In this document: positions 46,093 to 55,846 of the stretch, in pieces
Layout of the letters: each line of letters begins with the position of its first letter
Position numbering within the stretch: the first letter of the stretch is position 1
NCBI GenBank assembly: GCA_963422395.1
Contig: OY729431.1
Coordinates: 384,001 to 448,000 of the forward strand
Source: Vicinamibacteria bacterium
GTDB taxonomy: Bacteria; Acidobacteriota; Vicinamibacteria; Marinacidobacterales; Marinacidobacteraceae
Direction of reading: 5' to 3'
Length of the DNA stretch: 64,000 nucleotides
The notes under the pieces: model-generated
Databases searched by the model: none
What the model was told of the DNA's origin: nothing
The model's input: the letters and a program-made list of their open reading frames with translations, nothing else
Position numbers and translations under genes: made by a program

Positions 46093-47792
46093 ACCGGAGG
46101 GGACCCGGGGAGGGGCGGGAGAAAGTGCAGGGGCTTGCGGCGGATCGGGTTCTCGCGGTGTACGAGGTCGAGGCCGGCCCGCGGGACCCCGAAGAGCTGG
46201 CTCGGGCGATCGCCGTCGAGCAGACGGTCGAGATCCCGGAAGCCCTCATCCCTCCCGGTCGAATTCGGGACGAGATCGTGGGCCGGGTGGAATCCATCGA
46301 GCCGGCACCGGACGGATCGGCACTCGCCGCGCCCGACCCCGCCGCCCGGGACCTCGAAAATCCGGTACGCACCCGCCTCACGATCAGCTACGCCGCCAAA
46401 CTCGCTCCAGACCTCTTCGGGCTGCTGAGCGTCGCCCTCGGGAACGCCTCGATGCTCGCCGGGGTGCGTCTCGTGGGTCTCCGGCCGCCGCGTTCACTGC
46501 TCGAAGCGCTCCCCGGGCCGAATTTCGGCGTCGAGGGCGTCCGGCGGCTGCGGGGAGTACTCGGTCGGCCGCTGCTCGCCACGGCGCTGAAGCCCCGCGG
46601 CTCGACCGTCCGCCAACTCGCGGCGCTCGCCGAAGCGTTCGCGCGGGGCGGCGGCGATCTGGTGAAGGACGACCAGAACCTGACCGACGACTTCGAGTCC
46701 TTCCGCGCGCGGGTGACCGCCGGCGCCGAGGCGGTCGAACGGGCGAACCAGGCCACTGGCGGGCGCTGCCTCTATCTGCCGCACGCCGGGGCGCCCGCGG
46801 ACCAGATCGAGCGGTATGTCGCGTTCGCCGCCGAATCCGGCCTTCCCGGAGTCCTGGTCTGCCCGATGATCGTCGGACTGGACACCGTTCGCGCTCTGGC
46901 GGCGCGCTATCCGCTGGTGTTCCTCGCCCATCCGTCGCTCACCGGCGCGTTGACCCACGGGCCGGGTCAGGGCGTCGGGCACGGGGTCCTGCTCGGAACC
47001 CTGTTTCGGCTCGCCGGCGCCGACATCTCGGTCTTCCCGAATGCCGGCGGACGCTTCGCCTACGGGGAAGCCGAGTGCGCCTCGATCACCGCCCGGCTGC
47101 GGGCGCCGCTCGGGACGCTGGCCCCGGCGTGGCCTGCGCCCGCGGGCGGGATGGGCGCCGGAGATGTGCGGCGGATGTGCGAGACCTACGGGCCGGACGC
47201 GGTGCTGCTGATCGGCGGAGCCCTGCTCGGGCACCCGGCGGGCGTCGAGGCCGGAACCCGCGAGTTGCTCGCTCGGATCCGGGAGGTGCGCCCCGAGGTC
47301 GGAATCGAACCCTCGCTGCCGAAGCGCCCGCTGCCGGTGGAACCGCGCCGGCTGGCCTTCCGGCCCGATTGGAGCTGGGAGGGCCGGAAGAGTTCTCCCT
47401 ACCAGTCCGCGCCCGGAGACGGGGCGGGCGTCGCTTTCCGGGGATCTTTCCGCGGAGTGCGACGGGTGGAGCTCGTCGGCAAGTTCGGCGAACGCACCCG
47501 CTCCGACCTGCGCTACTTCGAGGTCGAGCCCGGTGGCTACACGAGACTCGAACGCCACCTCCACACCCATGTGGTGATCGGCGCCCGCGGCGAGGGCGTC
47601 CTGTGGCTCGGCGGCCGGCGCCTGCCGCTCCGTCACCTCGATGTGGCCACCGTCGGCCCGCTCGAAGACCACCAGCTGCGGAACGAAACCGACGGGAAGT
47701 TCGGCTTCTTCTGCATCGTGGACCACGAACGGGACCGGCCGATGCCGCCGGCCGATGCCGCCGTGCCGCGGTCCTCGACGAGCCGTTCCTGA
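46089..47792 (+). CDS. RuBisCO-like protein (form IV) fused to a C-terminal cupin
   Basis: IAVEQTVE, GNASM, GPNFGVEG.R, ALKP.G, GGDLVKDDQNL, PAPAGGM, LLIGGAL; Pro-rich linker; cupin LRYFEVEPGGYTRLERH.HTHVV..HQLRN..FGFFCIVD.ERDRP; GTGA overlap with tsaD (alternative start 46125). Confidence 0.9.
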   Translation: MNRRGPGEGREKVQGLAADRVLAVYEVEAGPRDPEELARAIAVEQTVEIPEALIPPGRIRDEIVGRVESIEPAPDGSALAAPDPAARDLENPVRTRLTISYAAKLAPDLFGLLSVALGNASMLAGVRLVGLRPPRSLLEALPGPNFGVEGVRRLRGVLGRPLLATALKPRGSTVRQLAALAEAFARGGGDLVKDDQNLTDDFESFRARVTAGAEAVERANQATGGRCLYLPHAGAPADQIERYVAFAAESGLPGVLVCPMIVGLDTVRALAARYPLVFLAHPSLTGALTHGPGQGVGHGVLLGTLFRLAGADISVFPNAGGRFAYGEAECASITARLRAPLGTLAPAWPAPAGGMGAGDVRRMCETYGPDAVLLIGGALLGHPAGVEAGTRELLARIREVRPEVGIEPSLPKRPLPVEPRRLAFRPDWSWEGRKSSPYQSAPGDGAGVAFRGSFRGVRRVELVGKFGERTRSDLRYFEVEPGGYTRLERHLHTHVVIGARGEGVLWLGGRRLPLRHLDVATVGPLEDHQLRNETDGKFGFFCIVDHERDRPMPPADAAVPRSSTSRS

Positions 47793-47906
47793 TTCCCGGG
47801 AACCACGGGAAAGGAGCAGGAGCGGGGGCGCGGAAGAACAGACGCGGCGGGCCCGGTGCGGTTTCGCCGGTGGTATAACGGGTCGCCGAAAGCGAAGGAG
47901 AGAGCC

Positions 47907-49877
47907 ATGGCGAACCCGAACGGCGGCAGCCCCCGCGAGTTCACGCTCCGGGCTCTTCTTCTGGGCCTCTTCATGGCCGTGGTGCTGGGAGCGGCGAACG
48001 CCTATCTCGGCATCCGCGCCGGACAGACGGTCGCCGCCACCTTCCCCGCGGCGGTGGTCTCGATGGTCGTGATCCGCAGGCTGTTCCGGGGCAGCCTGCT
48101 CGAGGAGAACATCGCCCGAACGACCGCCTCGGTGGGAGAAGCGCTCGCCGCGGGGGCGATCTTCACCCTGCCGGCGTTCCTGATGGCGGGGGCCTGGGAG
48201 GAGTTCCACTACCTCGAGAGCACCCTCTTGATGCTGGTCGGCGGGCTGCTCGGCATCCTGTTCGTGGTCATCCTGCGGCGGAGCATGGTGACCGACCCCG
48301 AATTGCCCTTTCCCGAGTCGGTGGCCGCCGCCGAGATCCACCGCGCCGGAAAGGGTGCGAGCGGCGGGCGGCTCCTCTTCCAGATGATGGGGGTCGGCGC
48401 GCTGGTCGAGGTCTTCAAGAATTCGAAGGGCATCCAGCTGTTCACCGACCGGATCGCCGGCGCCTTCGGCTACGGCTCGTTCCATTCCGCGGTCAGCGTC
48501 GGCGGCCAGTCCTTCGGCGCCGCGGCGCAGCCGGGAGTGCTGCCCTTTTCGACGCCTTCGGCGTCTCCCGCCTACCTCGGAGTGGGCTACATCATCGGCT
48601 TCCGCCTCGCGGCGCTCATCTTCTCCGGCGGAGTCTTCGCCTGGTGGTTCCTGATCCCGGCGGTCCTCTTCTTCAACCCCGAGTTCGCCGACACCGGGCG
48701 GCTTGCGGCCTCCGGCGCCGACTGGACCGCGGTCAGCAGCGTGGTCTGGGCGGAGCTGGTGCGCCCGATCGCGGTGGGGGCGATGATCGTCGGAGCGGTC
48801 TGGACGCTGCTGCGGATGCGGAAGTCGCTCGGCGAGGGGCTCCGCCGCTCCTTCGGCGAGCTCCGCTCCGGCGGCTCCGCTGCCGGCCGCGCTACCGGTT
48901 CCGGAAACGACCGCGACCGCGACATCCCCTTCAGCTGGACCACCGCCGGAGTGGCCGCTCTCGTGGTTCCGACCTTCCTCCTCTACGACCACTACACCGG
49001 CCAGCCTCTCGGGGCGCTCGGTTCGGCGCTCGTCATGATCGTCGCCGGGTTCTTCTTCTCGGCGGTTGCCGGCTACCTCGTCGGAGTGATCGGCAGCTCC
49101 TCGAATCCGGTTTCCGGGCTGACGATTTCGACGCTGCTGCTCGCCGCGCTGCTGATGACCTTCCTCGGGGTCTCCGGAACCGAGGGGGTGGCGGCGGTGT
49201 TGGGGGTGGCGGCGGTGGTCTGCTGCGCCTGCGCGGTCGCCGGGGACATGCTGCAAGACCTCAAGGTCGGCCAACTCCTCGGAGGCACGCCCTTCCGCAT
49301 GGAGTGGGCGGAGATCATCGGAGTGATCTTCGCTTCGATGTTCCTGGTCCTTCCGATGATCCTCCTCCACCGGGGAGACATCGCCGCGGGCGGCATCGGG
49401 ATCGGAGGCGAAGAGCTGCCGGCGCCGCAGGCAGGGCTGATGGCGCTTTTGTCGCAGGGAATCGTGGGCGGCGACATGCGCTGGCCGCTGGTGGTCATCG
49501 GCGTCGCGCTCTGCTTCTTCCTGATCCTCATCCGGGCGCCCTCACCGATGCTGATCGCGGTGGGGATGTACCTGCCGCTGCAGACCACCTTCGCCATCTT
49601 CGTGGGCGGCTTCTTCCGCTGGTTGACCGACCGGCGGATGGCCTCGCTGCCGGCGGAGCGGCGCTCTCTGGGCGAGAGCGCCGGAACGCTGATCGCCTCG
49701 GGGCTGATCGCCGGAGAAGCGCTGATGGGAGTCGCGCTGTCGGGGATCGCGGTTTGGGAATTCCAGCTGCCGTCGCCGATGTCCTCGCCCTCGGGGGTCC
49801 CGGGCTTCCTGGTCTTCTTGGTGCTCGGCTGGTTCCTGATCCGGATCCCGCTCCGCCGCGCCCGCCGCGTGGGGTAG
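47907..49877 (+). CDS. OPT family oligopeptide transporter
   Basis: EFTLRA, AANAYLG, ENIART.AS.GE, LPFPES.AAAEI, GSSSNPVSG, QDLK.G, APQAGLM. Confidence 0.92.
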   Translation: MANPNGGSPREFTLRALLLGLFMAVVLGAANAYLGIRAGQTVAATFPAAVVSMVVIRRLFRGSLLEENIARTTASVGEALAAGAIFTLPAFLMAGAWEEFHYLESTLLMLVGGLLGILFVVILRRSMVTDPELPFPESVAAAEIHRAGKGASGGRLLFQMMGVGALVEVFKNSKGIQLFTDRIAGAFGYGSFHSAVSVGGQSFGAAAQPGVLPFSTPSASPAYLGVGYIIGFRLAALIFSGGVFAWWFLIPAVLFFNPEFADTGRLAASGADWTAVSSVVWAELVRPIAVGAMIVGAVWTLLRMRKSLGEGLRRSFGELRSGGSAAGRATGSGNDRDRDIPFSWTTAGVAALVVPTFLLYDHYTGQPLGALGSALVMIVAGFFFSAVAGYLVGVIGSSSNPVSGLTISTLLLAALLMTFLGVSGTEGVAAVLGVAAVVCCACAVAGDMLQDLKVGQLLGGTPFRMEWAEIIGVIFASMFLVLPMILLHRGDIAAGGIGIGGEELPAPQAGLMALLSQGIVGGDMRWPLVVIGVALCFFLILIRAPSPMLIAVGMYLPLQTTFAIFVGGFFRWLTDRRMASLPAERRSLGESAGTLIASGLIAGEALMGVALSGIAVWEFQLPSPMSSPSGVPGFLVFLVLGWFLIRIPLRRARRVG

Positions 49878-49893
49878 GCCAGGTAGGCGGCAG

Positions 49894-51375
49894 TTACCGC
49901 CCCTCGGGCGGCGGAAAGGCGGCGAGCGGGCTCGGATAGCGGTCGAGGAGGCCGGGCTCGGCCATCAGCGCTTCGATGGCGTCCAGGTCCATGGGGACGA
50001 ATTCCGAGAGGTTTTCGGCGCCGCCTTCGGTGATCAGGATCACATCTTCGAGACGGAGGTAGATCCGCTCTTCCGGCACCCGGAATTGGGGCTCGATGGT
50101 GAACACCATCCCCGGGGTCAGAGTTCCGTCGGCGTCCCCCACATCGTGCACCGCCATGCCGACGCCGTGGCCCAGCGAGCCCGGCCGGCCGGCGGCGCGG
50201 CGGGCATAGGAGCGGACGAACTCCTCGGCGGCGGACCGGTAGTGCGGTTTCGTGAAGGGCCAGCCGCGGACGATCTCTTCCATCCGGGCCGCCGCCTCGC
50301 CCATCACCACCGCAGTGTCGCCGGGCCGGATGGCGTCGAGGATGGCCCGATAGCAGGCCAGATAGAAGCCGTAGAGATCGCGCTGCCACTCGTTGAAGCG
50401 CCCGTTCACCGGCCACATCCGGGTGACATCGCTGGTGTAGTAGCCGACATCCGGTGCGTAGTCCATGAGGAGGAGGTCGCCGTCTTCCAGGCGGCTCGCG
50501 CCCCGGTGGTAGTGCGGATACCAGGCGTTTTCGCCGGCGGCGACGAGCGAGTAGTAGGCATCCGACTGGGCCCCGTCCCGGAAGAAGAGGAATTTCCCTA
50601 CCGCGTCGAGTTCGTGCTCGTGGATTCCGGGTCTGGTGGAGCGCATCGCTTCCATGAGCGCGAGCCCGGAGAGTCGAGTGGCCTTCGTGACGAGGGCGAT
50701 CTCGCGCGGGCTCTTGACCAGGCGGAGCCGGTCGAGCACGGGAGAGAGATCCTCGATCCGGAGCTTGGGAAAGCGGTCCCGCAGCTGCGAGGCGAAGTTC
50801 GCTTCCCTCGAGGGCCGTCCGTCCCAGGGGTCGTTCGCGATGTCCGAATTGCCGCGGGTGGCGAGATCGCGGCTCATCGCGGCGAGCTCGGCCGGGCTCA
50901 GCGGGGTGTGGAGCACGGGCGGCCGGCGGCCCCAGGCCAGCCGTGCGAGGTCGCCGCTCAGCTTCCAGGCCCCGTGCACCGCATCGACTCCAGTGCGTTC
51001 CCGCGCCAGCTCGGCGTCCTCGGCGCTCAGCAACCGCCCCTCGGAGGCCTCCCGCCGGTCGTTCCGGTGCGGCAGGTAGAGCACCGAACGCCGCGAAGTG
51101 CCGTCGAGCAGGAGATAGGCGTGCGGGGTCTCCACTCCGGTCAGGTAGTAGAACGAGTTCGTCTGCCGGAACCGCACATAGCCGAGCGGCGAAGGCGCCC
51201 CCTGGAGCACTGCGGCGGCCCCCGGCCCGATCGCCTCGAGCACCGCCTCCCGCCGGGCGGTGAACTCTTCGGCGGGAAAATCGCCGGTGAAGAGCGGCGC
51301 ATCCTGAGCTGCCGCCGCCGAAGCGGAGAGGGCCGCAAGGCTTAGCAGCCTGTGGAGAACAGGGTGGAAGGACAT
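49894..51375 (-). CDS. Xaa-Pro aminopeptidase (M24 family), secreted
   Basis: Signal peptide, FRQTNSFYYLTG, RLVKSPREI, YTSDVTRMWP, GHGVGMAVHD, FTIEP, RLEDVILIT. Confidence 0.9.
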   Translation of the reverse strand: MSFHPVLHRLLSLAALSASAAAAQDAPLFTGDFPAEEFTARREAVLEAIGPGAAAVLQGAPSPLGYVRFRQTNSFYYLTGVETPHAYLLLDGTSRRSVLYLPHRNDRREASEGRLLSAEDAELARERTGVDAVHGAWKLSGDLARLAWGRRPPVLHTPLSPAELAAMSRDLATRGNSDIANDPWDGRPSREANFASQLRDRFPKLRIEDLSPVLDRLRLVKSPREIALVTKATRLSGLALMEAMRSTRPGIHEHELDAVGKFLFFRDGAQSDAYYSLVAAGENAWYPHYHRGASRLEDGDLLLMDYAPDVGYYTSDVTRMWPVNGRFNEWQRDLYGFYLACYRAILDAIRPGDTAVVMGEAAARMEEIVRGWPFTKPHYRSAAEEFVRSYARRAAGRPGSLGHGVGMAVHDVGDADGTLTPGMVFTIEPQFRVPEERIYLRLEDVILITEGGAENLSEFVPMDLDAIEALMAEPGLLDRYPSPLAAFPPPEGR

Positions 51376-51434
51376 GGCGCGGGGCTCCGAAGCGGACGAG
51401 GCGGGACGGCCGGCAGGAAGGGCCGGAAAGAACG

Positions 51435-52403
51435 GTGAGGAACCATCGTAAGCGCCGCGCTACTCTTTCGCTCGCGCCCGAATCGGGTTTTCGTTTGAGT
51501 TCCAGTTCACCTTCGGGGTCGCGCTCCAGCCCGCAGCCCGGAGTCCTCGCCGAAATCCCGGCCCACGCCCGGTCGCTCACTCTCCGGCGTCGGGCTTCGG
51601 GGTCGAACCCGCGCGAGTCACTCCTCCGGCTGGCCGATTCGCACCCCGGCCTCCCGCTGGTCTTCGGCCTCGGAGCCTCGCTGGTGCGCGAGCTGGGGGC
51701 CGAGGTTCCGGGTCTCGGCACGCTCGCTCCCTTCACGGGGTCCGGCTTCACCGTCCCGGCCACCCCGGCGGCGCTCTGGGTCTGGCTCCGCTCCGAAGAG
51801 CGGGGAGAGCTGGTCCATGAAAGCCGGCGCGTCGAAAAGATCCTCGCTGGCGCCTTCGAGGTGGATTCGGTGGTGGACGCCTTCCGCTACCGCAGCGGCC
51901 TCGATCTCACCGGCTATGCGGACGGAACGGAAAACCCGGTCGGTGAGGCGGCGGCCCGCGCGGCGCTGGTATCCGGGTGCGGACCGGGGCTCGACGGCTC
52001 CTCGTTCGCGGCGGTGCAGCAGTGGGTCCACGACTTCGACCGTTTCGAGTCCTTCTCCGCCGCCGCGCAGGATCAGATCATCGGTCGCCGGCGGAGCGAC
52101 GATGTGGAGCTGAAGGACGGCCCCGACGCCGCCCATGTGAAACGCACCGAGCAGGAAGCGGCCGACCCCCCCGCCTTCCTGCTTCGCCGTTCCATGCCCT
52201 GGGCGGACTCCCGGCAGAGCGGGTTGCTGTTCCTCGCCTTCGGCAAGAGTTTCGACGCCTTCGAATTCCACCTGCGCCGGATGGTCGGAGCCGCCGACGG
52301 GATCGTGGACCACCTGTTCCGCTTCACCCGGCCGGTGACCGGCTCCTATTTCTGGTGCCCGCCGATCGCGGAGGGCCGCGCCGACCTCAGCCGGCTGGGC
52401 TGA
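51435..52403 (+). CDS. Dyp-type peroxidase
   Basis: QPGVL, DLTGYADGTENP, QQWVHD, IIGRR, AHVKR, LLRRSMPW, FTRPVTGSYFWCP; start uncertain. Confidence 0.92.
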   Translation: MRNHRKRRATLSLAPESGFRLSSSSPSGSRSSPQPGVLAEIPAHARSLTLRRRASGSNPRESLLRLADSHPGLPLVFGLGASLVRELGAEVPGLGTLAPFTGSGFTVPATPAALWVWLRSEERGELVHESRRVEKILAGAFEVDSVVDAFRYRSGLDLTGYADGTENPVGEAAARAALVSGCGPGLDGSSFAAVQQWVHDFDRFESFSAAAQDQIIGRRRSDDVELKDGPDAAHVKRTEQEAADPPAFLLRRSMPWADSRQSGLLFLAFGKSFDAFEFHLRRMVGAADGIVDHLFRFTRPVTGSYFWCPPIAEGRADLSRLG

Positions 52404-52423
52404 ACGTCCTTCGAGCTGCCGCG

Positions 52424-53113
52424 GTGCACCAGGAGGCCGCGCGGCGGCTCGCCGCCGAGTTCCTCGGGACGGCGGGCCTCCTCGCCGCCATCATCGGCTC
52501 CGGCGTCATGGCGGACGCCCTGTCGGGCGGAAACGACGGGGTAGCGCTTCTCGGCTGCACCGCCGCCATCGGCGCCAGCCTGGTCGTTCTGATCTGGCTC
52601 TTCGCGCCGATCTCGGGCTGCCACATCAATCCGGCGGTCACCCTCGCCTTCCTCCTCCGCCGAGAGATTTCCCCCGGGATGGCCGGGCTCTACGGGGTCG
52701 TTCAGCTCCTGGGCGGTTTCGCCGGGGTGCTGGCGGCGCACGCGATGTTCGACCTGCCGCTGCTGCAGACCGCGACCCAGGTGCGAACCGGCGTCGGCCA
52801 GTGGTTCTCCGAAGGGGCGGCTACCTTCGGGTTGATCCTCACCATTTTCGGCTGCCTCCGGGTTCGTCCGCAGGCAGTGGCGGCGGCGGTGGGCCTCTAC
52901 ATCTTCGCCGCCTGCTGGTTCACCGCCTCGACCTCGTTCGCGAACCCGGCGGTCACCGCAGCGCGCAGCTTCACCGACACTTTCTGCGGCATCCGCCCGC
53001 TGGACGCCCCCGCCTTCGTCGTGATGCAGATCGTGGGGGCCGTCGTAGCGACGCCGTTCGCCGGCTGGCTCTTCGGGGTCCGCGAGCGTCCGGATCCCTC
53101 CACTCGCTCCTGA
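52424..53113 (+). CDS. MIP/aquaporin family protein
   Basis: AEFLGT, SGCHINPAVT, WFTASTSFANPAVT (two NPA motifs). Confidence 0.9.
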   Translation: MHQEAARRLAAEFLGTAGLLAAIIGSGVMADALSGGNDGVALLGCTAAIGASLVVLIWLFAPISGCHINPAVTLAFLLRREISPGMAGLYGVVQLLGGFAGVLAAHAMFDLPLLQTATQVRTGVGQWFSEGAATFGLILTIFGCLRVRPQAVAAAVGLYIFAACWFTASTSFANPAVTAARSFTDTFCGIRPLDAPAFVVMQIVGAVVATPFAGWLFGVRERPDPSTRS

Positions 53114-53160
53114 ACGGCCGGCACGCCTCTCCGAGTTCGCCGCCCTCGGGCCGCTCCTCC

Positions 53161-54420
53161 GTGACCGCCCGACCTGCAGTGCCGAGTGCCGTGCCGAACG
53201 CGCTGCCGATCCGCGCCTCGGACCGCATCGCCAGCCTCGATGTGCTACGCGGTTTCGCCCTCGTGGGCATCCTGGTAATGAACATCCAGGTTTTCTCGAT
53301 GCCGGCGGCGGCCTACACCAACCCGACCGTCTGGGGCGGTCTCTCCGGAGCCGACCTCGCGGTCTGGCTGTTCGGCCAGCTGTTCGTGAACCAGAAGTTC
53401 CTGTTCCTGTTCTCCCTGCTGTTCGGCGCCGGCATCTGCCTCTTCGCCGACCGCATCGAGGCTCGCGGCGGCCGCCCGGCGCCGGTTCACTACCGGCGTA
53501 TGGCCTGGCTGCTGGTTTTCGGGCTGGCCCACGCCTATTTGCTCTGGATCGGGGACATCCTGGTCCCCTACGCCGTCTGCGGCTCGTTCCTCTGGCTGGC
53601 GCGCCGCCTCGGACCCCGGGCGCTCCTCGTTCTCGGGTTGGCCGTCTTCTCGGCGGGGAGCGGGCTGCAGCTGTTGGCGGGCGCTGTGCTCTCTTCCCCT
53701 GCTGTTCAAGGGGAAGCGAGACGGGAGATCGCGGCGGAGTGGACGCCGAGTCCCGAGGAACTCGAAGTCGAGGTCGCGGCCTACGGCAGCGGCTGGGCGG
53801 GGCAACAGCCGCTCCGGGTCGAGCAGTCGCTCGGGATGCACCTCTTCATGCTGCCGTTCTTTTCGGTGTGGTTCGTGGGTGGGGCCATGCTGTTCGGGAT
53901 GGCGCTCTACCGTCTCGGGATTCTGGGCGCGGCGCGGGAGGACGGCTTCTACCGGCGGCTCGCTGCCTGGGGCCTGCTCGTCGGGGCGCCGGTCACGGCT
54001 TTCGGTATCGGCTGGAATTGCGCCGGCGGCTGGAACTGGGAACGCTCGATGTTCTTCGGCGCCCAGTTCGACACCTGGGGAAGCCCGGCGATGGCGCTCG
54101 GCTACCTCGGCTTGGTCCTGCTCGTTGTCCGCCGGGGTCTTCTTCCCGGCCTCCTGGCGCGCCTCGCCGCTGCTGGCCGGATGGCGTTCACCAACTACCT
54201 CCTCCAGACGGTGATCTGCACCACGATCTTCTACGGCCACGGGCTCGGGCTCTTCGGCCGAGTGGACCGGGCCGGGCAGCTCGGCATCGCCGCCGCCGTC
54301 GTCCTGATCCAGCTGTGGCTTTCCCCGCTATGGCTCGGCCGCTTCGCCTACGGCCCGCTCGAATGGGCGTGGCGGGGTGCGACCTACGGCAGGGCGCCTC
54401 CACTCCGCCGGTCTGCCTGA
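53161..54420 (+). CDS. DUF418 (YeiB-like) membrane protein
   Basis: RIASLDVLRGFALVGILVMNI, KF..LFSLLFGAG, GDIL..YA, GRMAFTNYLLQT, GPLEWAWR..TY. Confidence 0.9.
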   Translation: MTARPAVPSAVPNALPIRASDRIASLDVLRGFALVGILVMNIQVFSMPAAAYTNPTVWGGLSGADLAVWLFGQLFVNQKFLFLFSLLFGAGICLFADRIEARGGRPAPVHYRRMAWLLVFGLAHAYLLWIGDILVPYAVCGSFLWLARRLGPRALLVLGLAVFSAGSGLQLLAGAVLSSPAVQGEARREIAAEWTPSPEELEVEVAAYGSGWAGQQPLRVEQSLGMHLFMLPFFSVWFVGGAMLFGMALYRLGILGAAREDGFYRRLAAWGLLVGAPVTAFGIGWNCAGGWNWERSMFFGAQFDTWGSPAMALGYLGLVLLVVRRGLLPGLLARLAAAGRMAFTNYLLQTVICTTIFYGHGLGLFGRVDRAGQLGIAAAVVLIQLWLSPLWLGRFAYGPLEWAWRGATYGRAPPLRRSA

Positions 54421-54490
54421 TCCGCACCTGTCCCGCCGGCCATGTCCGTGTCCCTTCACTGAGTGGAGCCGAGATATAGACGGCTACCGG

Positions 54491-54650
54491 TTATGCCCGC
54501 AGGCCTCGCACTGCGGAACTCGTCCGCAATACGGGCGCTATGTACTCGGGTTCGATGCCGTGGCTTTCCGTGGGATAGAACATCTCGTTCCAACCCCGCC
54601 GTTCTCCGCGGCGGACCGTAAAGAACCGTTCGATGGGTGCGAGTAGGTTC
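54491..54650 (-). pseudogene. Possible internal fragment of an N6-adenine RM enzyme C-terminal region
   Basis: Frame reads PIERFFTVRRGERRGWNEMFYP..HGIEPEYIAPVLRT then stop; lower GC; resemblance recalled, not searched. Confidence 0.35.
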
Positions 54651-54822
54651 AGGGTCCGTAGAAGCCGAGTTCCATCCGATATCGAGAATCCGACCGAAAA
54701 AATATCTTGATCAGACCTTCCTTAAACGAGCTAGGTACATGAAGCATTGACCTGCTTCCAAAAGAAATTCATCAACTTCAACCGAGCGCTTTTCCATTTG
54801 TATGCCTACTCCGAATTTCTGA

Positions 54823-55100
54823 CTCCCCGGCCTGTTCGTACACCGCCTTCAGGTCGCGTCCCGCGCTCTTCTGCTCGACGATCAGCACGCCCGGCCAGAA
54901 CAGGTCGATGAAGCCCGAGCGGTTGTCCAGCTTCGCGACATACGCCTCGTAGCGCGCGACGCTCTGCCGCTGAACGCCGAACACCCGGAAGAAGGCGTTG
55001 TAGAAGCTCTGCGTCTCGCCCTTCTGGTAGGCCGCGTCAACGCCATTCGTGGGCGAAGCGGCGGCGCGGCGCGTACCTCATTCCTCCACGAAAAGCGCAT
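54823..55100 (-). pseudogene. Frameshifted N-terminal fragment of an MmeI-like (type IIL) restriction-modification enzyme
   Basis: MRFSW.NE / FAHEW / AYQKGETQSFYNAFFRVFGV..GFIDLFWPGVLIVEQKSAGRDL spread over three frames, then truncation. Confidence 0.8.
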
Positions 55101-55215
55101 CAGATCGCGCCGCCTGCTCTGCGCCGAGCACCGGACGATGTGTAATTGTTCGGGAATGGATGAAGGGAAGCCGCCGGATCAGTTGCTCGTACGTCCACGA
55201 TGGCGCGATAAACGA

Positions 55216-55539
55216 TCATGCGTTCAGCGCGTCCGCACGACGTTCGGCGGCGACCCTCTCGCGACGCGCCTGTGCAAGCTCGTAGCTCGCCTGCATCCGC
55301 ATCCAGTGCTCGGCGGTACCCCAGCCGATGTCTTCCAAAGACAGCGCCATGTTCGCGGACACGCCCGCCTTGCCGTTCAGCAGCCGCGACAGCGTGCCGC
55401 GCTCGCAACCGAGCCGTGCCGCCGTCTCGGTCACGTTCCAGCCCTCATCGTCCATGCTCTCGCGGATGAGTTCGCCCAGGTGCGGCGGGTCCTGCATCGG
55501 GCCGACGCGATCGTTCGCAATGTCGTTCATGGTCAGCAC
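55216..55539 (-). CDS. higA: HigA family antitoxin
   Basis: MQDPPHLGELIRE, VTETAARLG..R.TLSRLLNG..VSANMAL.L, W.RMQASYEL. Confidence 0.9.
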   Translation of the reverse strand: MLTMNDIANDRVGPMQDPPHLGELIRESMDDEGWNVTETAARLGCERGTLSRLLNGKAGVSANMALSLEDIGWGTAEHWMRMQASYELAQARRERVAAERRADALNA

Positions 55540-55548
55540 TCTCTCCGG

Positions 55549-55821
55549 TCAGTGGTAGTCGATCAGGCCCACGTCCACGGCCTCGCCGTCCTCGAAGCGG
55601 AACACCACGCGCCAGTTGCCCGAGACGCGGACGCTCCACTGGCCCGCACGGTTGCCCTTCAGGGGATGAAGCCGAAAGCCCGGCGCGTCGGCGCTGCCCG
55701 GATGCGTCGCCTCTTGCAGACGGAACAGGATACGCCGAAGCCGTGGCGCGAAACCGGCGGGAAGCCGCGCCGTGTCGTCACGTTCGTGCAGCGCCCGCAG
55801 TCCCTTGTGCCTGATCCTCAG
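55549..55821 (-). CDS. higB: HigB (RelE-like) toxin lacking a canonical start codon (CTG); possible pseudogene
   Basis: RIRHKGLRAL..RLRRIL.RL..PGFRLHPLKGNRAGQWSVRVSGNWRVVFRF..DYH; in-frame TGA two codons upstream of the CTG; absent from the ORF track. Confidence 0.85.
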   Translation of the reverse strand: MRIRHKGLRALHERDDTARLPAGFAPRLRRILFRLQEATHPGSADAPGFRLHPLKGNRAGQWSVRVSGNWRVVFRFEDGEAVDVGLIDYH

Positions 55822-55826
55822 GATTC

Positions 55827-55846
55827 ACAGTAGCGCGCCACGTTAC
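55827..55846 (-). promoter_or_regulatory. Putative higBA -10 box and overlapping operator
   Basis: Minus strand GTAACG-N5-CGCTAC imperfect palindrome overlapping TACTGT, 5 nt before the CTG. Confidence 0.5.

Noticed and set aside
46089-47300. RuBisCO for CO2 fixation
   Set aside because: KDDQ instead of KDDE, no small subunit or phosphoribulokinase nearby, and the cupin/mtnA context fits a form IV RLP
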